DNA of 64,000 bases from the human T2T-CHM13v2.0 reference genome, Homo sapiens, in assembly GCF_009914755.1 (NCBI RefSeq), contig NC_060927.1. One strand, 5' to 3'. The notes below the pieces were generated by a model. It saw nothing but the letters and a program-made list of their open reading frames with translations. It did no database searches and was not told the origin of the DNA. Within the stretch, counting starts at the first letter, position 1. Each line of letters begins with the position of its first letter. A program made the position numbers and the translations under genes. Shown here in pieces: positions 55,551 to 64,000 of this stretch.

Positions 55551-57803
55551 AGAAAATTTTGGTTTATGACACTATGAAGATAAAGTTACTCTAATTTGTC
55601 TCACCTGTTTATGGTGTAAACAATTGCAATCATTTATGGGTATTCTAGTTGTGATTTGACTCGCCAAGTTTAAAAGTAAAGAGAAAACCAACAACAGAAA
55701 CTACAAAATTAAGACCTGGCTTTGGAGTTTTTTGAAGATAATATTTTATTTTCAGCTTATTAAAAATATTGTTGAACTAAGAAATACAATAGTGAATATA
55801 TTCTCATTATCCTTAGTAGGCCAATAACAAATTTTACTTAAAATATATTTAAATAACTTAGTTTAGTAATAATAAAATGGAATTATGGTGAAAATGTTTC
55901 TTAGAAACTTTGTTTAAAACTTAACAAAATAGGAGCATCATTTGTATAATTTCTTGAGCTTTTCAGAACATCAACTTCTATTTTTCAATGGCATCTTCAA
56001 ATATGGCAGGATTTGAAAAGGCCCCACTTTTGAGATTTGAAAAAGTCTCTGAGATGGAGTGTCATAGTTACCTAGTTGCTTACCCTAAATTCAAAGTCTG
56101 CATTATTTTTAGTATGTAAGCTAAATTTATAGAAGGAAATTGTTTCTCTGATATTTGCATTGTCTCAATAATTCAGATTTTAATTTTGTGTTAGCTCTAA
56201 CCTCATGTATGACCAAATATGTCTGAAAATAGAATTGCTAAGTAGTATAGATTTTACTGTTATCATTGCTCTGTGATACTATAATGAAAAGTGATCAAGA
56301 GACCGGAAGCCAAAGCATGGTTGGAGGAAAAGTCATATACAAAATAGTAGTGACACAGGATAAGAAAATCCTTTAGTATAGGATAAGAAAATTAGTATCA
56401 AAACTGTTACAAATATATTTTAAAAATCAAATTTAAAGATGTTTGAATAATTAAATTACATAAATAACAACTCAAACATATTTTAGGAAAAGTCCCCTTC
56501 TAACACACACTCTCTTTACAAAGAGACCTGTAGTATAACACCTTCTTGAATTTACCTTCCCTCCTCCAGGAAAACACTAGAAGCTATGACTCCAGATTCT
56601 TTGCTCTGTGCTGTGGCCCCAGAGACTATGAAAAGGAGAACTGCTGACCATCTCTGCTCTGCATTAAGTGAATCCAAGCAGAGATGACACCCATCCACTT
56701 ACCACTGGGCATGGCCATTGCAGAGACTGGGAAGAAAAAGAACGCTGTTGACCCTCTTTGCCTTGCAAGTGCTTGTGCCTCCTCTCCTTTGTGCCAATGC
56801 TGTGGCCATAGAGCTACTGGGTGGACTGTTGTCAATTAATCCTCTCCTGCCGGAAGGTAATGACAGCAAAGGGGCAAATCACCTCTTTTCCCAACTAGAG
56901 AGTAGGGGAAGGGTTATGGACAGGAGTGATCTGAATGAAGAAATGTTTTAAATCAGTGTTCAAAGTCCCAGGGGAAACCCTAGAGCAGCCAATACATGAA
57001 TCCAACCAGAATCCACACAGCAAAGCTCTGAGAATTGAACAATGATGTGGAACACTGCTTAAGTCTCAGATTGACCTCTGGGTAGCACCAAAGTAGGACA
57101 GATTAAAATAGTACCACAAAGACTTTGAAAACTAAATTGACATTTGAACTACAGTTCTCGAAGGGCAGCCAGGAAGGGCATGCATTCTAAACATCAATGG
57201 GTTGCCCGCATGCTATAAGAAAAGATAAGGAAACCAGAGTCTTATAACATAAAATATATGGAATATAATGATAAATTGCTCATCTTATATAGAACTAGAA
57301 AAATGTCAACAGGATTTGAGAAAAGATTCTCAAAAACGCGCAAAGTACCAAGATGACATAGATGTTGAAATTAGCTAAGAAGGATTTTAAAGTAGCTATT
57401 ATTAAAATGCTCCAGCATGCAATAATAACTACTCTTGAAAAAATGGAAAAATGGAATCTAAGCAAAGAAAAAGAAATAGAAACTAAGGAGCTTTCAAGAA
57501 TGGAAAAAGCAACAAAAGTGGTAAATACCTAGGTAAATATAAAAGACTATTCTTGCACTCTTGGGTTTTTAAAATTATGTTTGATAACTGAAAACAAAAA
57601 AATATATAATATTGTCTAATGCGGTTTTCAACATATGTAGGTAGCATCAAAGATAACTGTATCATAAAGGGGAGAAGAAAAGGGATCTATAATGTGGTAA
57701 GGCTTTTAGATTCTTTTTGAAATAAGGTATTGAAACAAGTAGATTGTGATAATTTAAGAATGTATATAACCCCTACAACAAACCCTATAATCAATATACA
57801 ATG

Positions 57804-57962
57804 ATATATATATACACATATATATACATATATACATACACACATATATACACATATACATATACATATACATATATACACATATATACACACATATATA
57901 CCTATATACATATATACACATATATACATATATATACACACACATATATATATACACACATA
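57804..57962. repeat. Imperfect (TA/CA)n microsatellite
   Basis: Seen directly; source of the Y/I/T/H-rich ORFs. Confidence 0.95.
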
Positions 57963-58575
57963 CTGAAAAATACTAGGTACATTAAAATTGAATACTAAAA
58001 AATGTGCAAGAAGGCAAGGAAAGAGAGAGGTACAAAAAACCAGAATATAAACCAAAAGCTAACAGATAACCTGAATTGAGGTATAACTAAAAAAGAAATT
58101 AAATTTGTGATAAAAATAACCTGAAAACAAAATCTCTAGGCATAAATTGTTTCACTGGAGAGTTCTCACAAACATTTCAAGAAAAATTTACATGGATTCC
58201 ATACAATATCTTCCAGAAAATAGGAGAGAAGGGAAACTTTCCAATTTGTTATAACACCAGCATGTCCTTGATACCAGAACCAAAGATAGCAAAAGTAAAT
58301 AGACAAATACATTACAAGCCAATATACCTCATGAAAACTGACACACAAATAATCAATAAAATATTAACAAATCAAATCTACAATGTATAAAAAGAAAAAT
58401 ACATCATGATCAATTAGGGTTTCTTCTAGGAATTCAAGGCCAATGTAATATTTAAAAATCAGTGAATCTAAAGACAGAAACTACATGATCATATTAATTG
58501 ATATAGAAAAGCACTTACCATTCACGATAAAAAGAAAGATATCACCATTACTTAAAAAAAACTATACATGTGTGT

Positions 58576-58743
58576 CTGGGGCCTGTCGGGGGTGGGGGCT
58601 GGGGGAGGGATAGCATTAGGAGATAAACCTAATGTAAATGACTAGTTGATGGGTGCAGCACACCAACATGGCACATGTATACATATGTATCAAACCTGCA
58701 TGTTGTGCACATGTACCCTAGAACTTAAAGTATAATAAAAAAA
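58576..58743 (+). mobile_element. L1PA5/6 3' stub with long TSD AAAAAAACTATAYATGTGTGT
   Basis: ctggggcctgtcgggggtgggg...aatgtaaatgactagttgatggg...cttaaagtataataaaa; TSD at about 58555-58575 and 58737-58757. Confidence 0.93.
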
Positions 58744-59136
58744 CTATATATGTGTGTGTATGTATGTATGTATATGTTTATTTATTTTTATTAATAAAAT
58801 ATAAACCAAAACTAATAAAATTAGTTACTTTTAGAGAAGGAATGAATCAGATGGAGAGTACTGAGATTAAAGCTGGATTGTTTGAAATGTACCTTGTTTT
58901 AAAGTTTGATTTTGGATCTGTATAAACATTTTATGTAATTATTAAACAAAATGAATCAAATGGGATTAGATGCATATGAAGCTGGAGACATCCCTACACA
59001 ATATTTATATTGAATGAGTTAATTTAAACATAGGACTTTGAGTATACATTCCTGGTAGATATTCTTAGGATAAAATAAGTTGTAAAGATAAATTAAATGG
59101 TAAATTGTTTATATATGTACATATATAATGAAAACA

Positions 59137-59185
59137 TATATACACACACAGCACATCACACACACACACATATGTGTGTGTATAC

Positions 59186-59224
<39 letters not shown>
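59137..59224. repeat. (CA)n followed by (TG)n(TA)n, self-complementary
   Basis: Seen directly. Confidence 0.9.
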
Positions 59225-60438
59225 CATTTTAAGTAAGTAATTAATGTAATTAATGTCTTTAGCAACCAGGATTTCCACATAGGAAATATAAAGAAAAGAG
59301 ATACAAATGCAAAGAATCAAAGAATTTAATAAAAATAATCTCAAATCTTAAATCAGAATTGAAAATATCCGTATAAACTCATTGTATTCTGTTTAGCATG
59401 AATCCTATTTCTTAGCTTATTCTATTAGAAATTCTATAAGCAAGACAAACACAGCAGCAATGAACACCCTGATCGCTCAAAATAGTGGTATTTAAATAAC
59501 ATTTCCCACGTAGAGAAACCAGAACTTTTTGGGAAAATTGCTGAATTTCAGGACTGGGAGAGGAAATATTCAAGAGACCAGAATATAGGAAGCAAGAAGT
59601 TTATCAAAGACTATTATAGTCAGGTCAAAAGAAAGTAGAAAGTTTTTCTACTTCCCAAGAGGGGACAATGTTAACAACAAAAAGAATGATGAATGTAACT
59701 GATGGAATACAAAATATGTTAAAATGTGAGAATTCATAATGATAGTAAAAAAATACAAAACAAAATGGAGCTCAGATGTATTTGGAGGTTTCCAATGTAT
59801 GGCGATAACTAACTTCTCTGAAACTTGTGAAGAAATAAAAGCAGCTAGCATTTATTTATCCTATACTGTATAAACTGTATAGTTTACAAAAACTATAAAA
59901 TCATTATCAAATCAAACACTTGATGAGGAAAATTACCTATTTATAAAAGAATTAATTCAGAAAGTAATTCATGGAGAAGAGGAGAACAGCACCATTTTGC
60001 AAGCCCTAATAAAATAAGGTGCCTAGGCAATCATCATGAATTTTTCCAAAATCATGTTAAATGGCTCATGGATGGTGAATTGCATAATGAATAGATTAGG
60101 GTAACAAAACCTGATCCATTGATCAATCTTAACAACACACAAATAGAGACAACAGACATTTTGTGCCTTCAAAATTCTAAAGAAAGTATATAGAACCACC
60201 TACAAAACATTTTTGCCAAAAAAATCAAATTTGAATATTTTCAAATCTCTAAATATAAATATCAGTTTATAGAAAACACAAGGAATTTAAGAGGAAGTTA
60301 AGTGCCACCAAAAAGATATAATTGGTCAAATTCAGAACATGGAATATTCTACAGGAAAAAATAATTTGATTTCCTCAATTAAAAAAATAGGAAGGGGAAG
60401 ATCTTACAGATTAAATATTCCTTTAAAAGATACTTAAG

Positions 60439-61449
60439 GATCCGGTTCCAAGATGGTCGAATAGGAACAGCTCCAGTCTACAGCTCCCAGCATGAGTGAC
60501 GCAGAAGATGGGTGATTTCTGAATTTCCAACTGAGGTACCTGGTTCATCTCACTGGGGCTTGTTGGACAGTGGGGGCAGCCCATGGAGTGTGAGCTGAAG
60601 CAGGGCGGGGCACCGCCTCACCTCAGAAGTGCAAGAGGTTGGGGAATTCCCTTTCCCAGCCAAGGGAAGCCGTGATAGACGCTACCTGGAAAACTGGGAC
60701 ACTCCCACCCTAGTACTGCGCTTTTCCAACAGTCTTAGCAAATGGCACACCAGGAGGTTATATCCCATGCCTGGCTTGGAGGGTCCCACGCCCACGGAGC
60801 CTTGCTCACTGCTAGCACAGCAGTCCGAGATCGAACTGCAAGGTGGCAGCAAGGCTGGGGGAGGGGAGTGCGCCATTGCTGAGGCTTGAGTAAGTAAACA
60901 AAGCAGCTGGGAAGCTCGAACTGCGTGGAGCCCACCACAGCTCAAGGAGGCCTGCCTGCCTCTGTAGACTCCACCTCTGGGGGCAGGGAATAGCTGAACA
61001 AAAGGCGTCAGAAACCTGCAGAATTAAACGTCCCTGTCTGACAGCTTTGAAGAGAGTAGTAGTTCTCCCAGCATGGAGTTTGAGATCTGAGAATGGACAG
61101 AGTGCCTCCTCAAGTGGGTCCCTGACCCCTGAGTAGCCCAACTGGGAGACACCTCCCAGTACGGGCCAACTGACACCTCATACAGCTGGGTGCGCCTCTG
61201 AGATGAAGCTTCCAGAGGAAGCATCAGGCAGCAACATTTGCTGTTCTGCAATATTTGCTGTTCTGCAGCCTCCGCTGGTGATACCCAGGCAAACAGGGTC
61301 TGGAGTGGACCTCCAGCATACTCCAACAGACCTGCAGCTGAGGGTCCTGACTGTTAGAAGGAAAACTAACAAACAGAAAGGACATCCATACCAAAACCCC
61401 ATCTGTAGGTCACCATCATCAGAGACCAAAGGTAAATAAAACCACAAAG
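60439..61449. promoter_or_regulatory. L1 5' UTR (internal sense promoter, YY1-type site caagatgg, antisense promoter region)
   Basis: Homology to the L1PA 5' UTR; CpGs largely decayed, activity unknown. Confidence 0.6.
60682..60876 (-). CDS. ORF0: L1 ORF0 homologue, 64 aa, open
   Basis: MAHSPPPALLPPCSSISDCCASSEQGSVGVGPSKPG... matches L1 ORF0 (MAGAPPPASLPPCSLISDCCAS...); Kozak gcaATGG; expression unknown. Confidence 0.6.
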   Translation of the reverse strand: MAHSPPPALLPPCSSISDCCASSEQGSVGVGPSKPGMGYNLLVCHLLRLLEKRSTRVGVSQFSR

Positions 61450-62472
61450 ATGGGGAGAAACCAGCACAGAAAAGCTGAAAATTCTAAGAATCAGAGCACC
61501 TCTTCTCCTCTAAAGGAACACAGCTCCTCGCCAGCAATGGAACAAAGCTGGACAAAGAATGACTTTGACGAGTTGACAGAAGTAGGCCTCAGAAGAGTGG
61601 TAATAACAAACTTCTCCGAGCTAAAGGAGGATGTCTGAACCCATCGCAAAGAAGCGAAAAACCTTCAAAAAAGATTAGGTGAATGGCTAACTAGAATCAA
61701 CAGTGTACAGAAGACCTTAAATGACCTGATGGAGCTGAAAACCATGGCACGAGAATTATGCGACTCATGCACAAGCTTCAGTAGCTGATTTGATCAAGTG
61801 GAAGAAAGGGTATCGATGATTGAAGATCAAATGAATGAAATGAAGTGAGAAGAGAAGTTTAGAGAAAAAAGAGTAAAAAGAAATGAACAAAGCCTCCAAG
61901 AAATATGGGACTCTGTGAAAAGACCAAATCTACGTCTGATTGGTGTACCTGACAGTGACGGGGAGAATGGAACCAAGTTGGAAAACAGTCTGCAGGATAT
62001 TATCCAGGAGAACCTCCCCAATCTAGCAAGGCAGGCCAACATTGAAATTCAGGAAATACAGAGAATGCCACAAAGATACTCCTCGAGAAGAGCAACTCCA
62101 AGACACATAATTGTCAGATTCACCAAAGTTGAAATGAAGGTAAAAATGTTAAGGGCAGCCAGAGAGAAAGGTCGGGTTACCCACAAAGGGAAGCCCATCA
62201 GACTAACAGCAGATCTCTCGGCAGAAACCATACAAGCCAGAAGAGAGTGGGGGCCAATATTCAACATTCTTAAAAAGAATTTTCAACCCAGAATTTCATA
62301 TCCAGCCAAACTAAGCTTCATAAGTGAAGGAGAAATAAAATCCTTTACAGACAAGCAAATGCTGAGAGATTTTGTCACCAACAGGCCTGTCTTGCAAGAG
62401 CTCCTGAAGGAAGCACTAAACATGGAAAGGAACAACTGGTACCAGCCACTGCAAAAATATGCCAAATTGTAA
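61450..62472 (+). pseudogene. L1 ORF1p, inactivated by premature stops
   Basis: MGRNQHRKAENSK... stops at 61636-61638; C-terminal RPNLRLIGVP...YPAKLSF intact to the stop at 62472. Confidence 0.93.
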
Positions 62473-62535
62473 AGACCATCGATGTTAGGAAGAAACTGCA
62501 TCAACTAACGTGCAAAATAACCAGCTAACATCATA

Positions 62536-64000
62536 ATGATAGGATCAAATTCACACATAACAATATTAACCTTACATGTAAATGGGCTAAATGCTCCAAT
62601 TAAAAGACACAGACTGGTCAAGACCCATCAGTGTGCTGTATTCAGGAGACCCATCTCATGTGCAGAGACACAGATAGGCTCAAAATAAAGGGATGGAGGA
62701 AGATCTACCAAGCAAATGGAAAACAAAAAAAGCAGGGGTGGCAATCCTAGTCTCTGATAAAACAGACTTTAAACCAACAAAGATCAAAAGAGACAAAGAA
62801 GGCCATTACATAATGGTAAAGGGATGATTTCAACAAGAAGAGCTAACTATCCTAAATATATATGCACCCAATACAGGAGCACCCAGATTCATAAAGCAAG
62901 TCCCTAGCGACCTCCAAAGAGACTTAGACTCCCACAAAATAATAATGGGAGACTTTAACACCCCACTGTCAACATTAGACAGATCAATGAGACAGAAAGT
63001 TAACAAGGATATCCAGGAATTGAACTCAGCTCTGCACCAAACAGACCTAATAGACATCTACAGAGCTCTCCACCCCAAATCAACAGAATATACATTCTTC
63101 TCAGCACTACATCACACTTATTCCAAAACTGACCACATAGTTGGAAGTAAAGCACTCCTCAGCAAATGTAAAAAAACAGAAATTATAACAAACTGTCTCT
63201 CAGACCACAGTGTAGTCAAATTAGAACTCAGAATTAAGAAGCTCACTCAAAACTGCACAACTACATGGAAACTGAACAACCTGCTCCTGAATGGCTACTG
63301 GGTACGTAACGAAATGAAGGCAGAAATAAAGATGTTCTTTGAAACCAATGAGAACAAAGACACAACATACCAGAATCTCTGGGACACATTTAAAGCAGTG
63401 TGTAGAGGGGAATTTATGGCACTAAAATGCCCACAAGAGAAAGCAGGAAAGATCTAAAATTGACACCCTAACATCACAATTAAAAGAACTAGAGAAGCAA
63501 GAGCAAACAGATTCAAAAGCTAGCAGAAGGCAAGAAATAACTAAGATCAGAGCAGAACTGAAGGAGATAGAGACACAAAATACCCTTCAAAAAATCAATG
63601 AATCAAGGAGCTGTTTTTTGAAAAGATCAACAAAAGTGATAGACCACTAGCAAGACTAATAAAGAAGAAAAGAGAGAAGAATCAGACGCAATAAAAAATG
63701 ATAAAGGGGATATCACCACTGATCCCACAGAAATACAAACTACCATCAGAGAATACTATAAACACCTCTCCACAAATAAACTAGCAAATCTAGAAGAAAT
63801 GGAAAAACTTCTGGACACACACACCATCCCAAGACTAAACCAGGAAGAAGTTGAATCCCTGAATAGACCAATAGCAGGCTCTGAAATTGAGATAATAATT
63901 AATAGCCTACCAACCAAAACCAGTACCGGACCAGACGGATTCACAGCTGAATTCTACCAGAGGTACAAAGCGGAGCTGGTACCATTCCTTCTGAAACTAT
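62536..64000 (+). pseudogene. L1 ORF2p N-terminus (APE endonuclease), frameshifted
   Basis: ATG ATA GGA TCA AAT TCA CAC; about 16-bp deletion at agactgg|tcaagacc (about 62617); motifs GDFNTPL and SDH in ORF 62945-63457. Confidence 0.93.

Larger units (their letters stand above)
56500..60438 (+). mobile_element. Mosaic of ancient L1MC/MD/ME fragments
   Basis: caaagctctgagaattgaac...gactttgaaaactaaattgac; ORF2 remnant ttcactggagagttct...ccttgataccagaacc; 3' end gatcaatcttaaca...gaatattctacagga...aaaagatacttaag. Confidence 0.65.
60439..64000 (+). mobile_element. L1PA5-like element with intact 5' end, running off the window
   Basis: cggttccaagatggtcgaataggaacagctcc start; about 1010-bp 5' UTR; ORF1; ORF2 endonuclease; preceded by TTT/AAAAGATACTTAAG. 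Confidence 0.95.

Noticed and set aside
57687-58055. Y/I/C/V-rich ORFs
   Set aside because: Translations of the TA/CA microsatellite
60439-64000. Retrotransposition-competent L1
   Set aside because: ORF1 nonsense mutations, ORF2 frameshifts and an old subfamily

Overview
AT-rich, CpG-poor primate DNA, probably human given the AluY/AluS, L1PA4-5 and MLT1/MER/MIR/L2 content. It looks intronic or intergenic. I recognise no cellular protein-coding exon, rRNA, tRNA or CRISPR array; every ORF with a recognisable product is a LINE-1 or Alu remnant. The window is dominated by nested transposons: a rearranged old L1M element carrying a twin-primed L1PA4/5 (16.6-21.5 kb), an L1PA11-13-like insertion with a 13-bp micro-inversion, a HAL1 interrupted by two Alus and a complex templated insertion, an L1MC1 nested in an MLT1E LTR, and the 5' 3.6 kb of a probably full-length L1PA5-like element running off the right edge. 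I see no convincing new biological system. The best leads are: (i) an open antisense ORF0 with a retained splice donor in an L1 whose ORF1/ORF2 are dead, pointing leftward towards candidate minus-strand exons (123 nt at 43572-43694 and a 9-nt microexon-like cassette at 31912-31920); (ii) several local duplication, fold-back and capture scars, including a 119-bp copy 2 kb from its source, a 91-bp dispersed duplicate, and a MIR-bearing fragment inside an L1MC1. Repeat subfamily names come from remembered consensus sequences, and the boundaries of old repeats are approximate (tens of bp).
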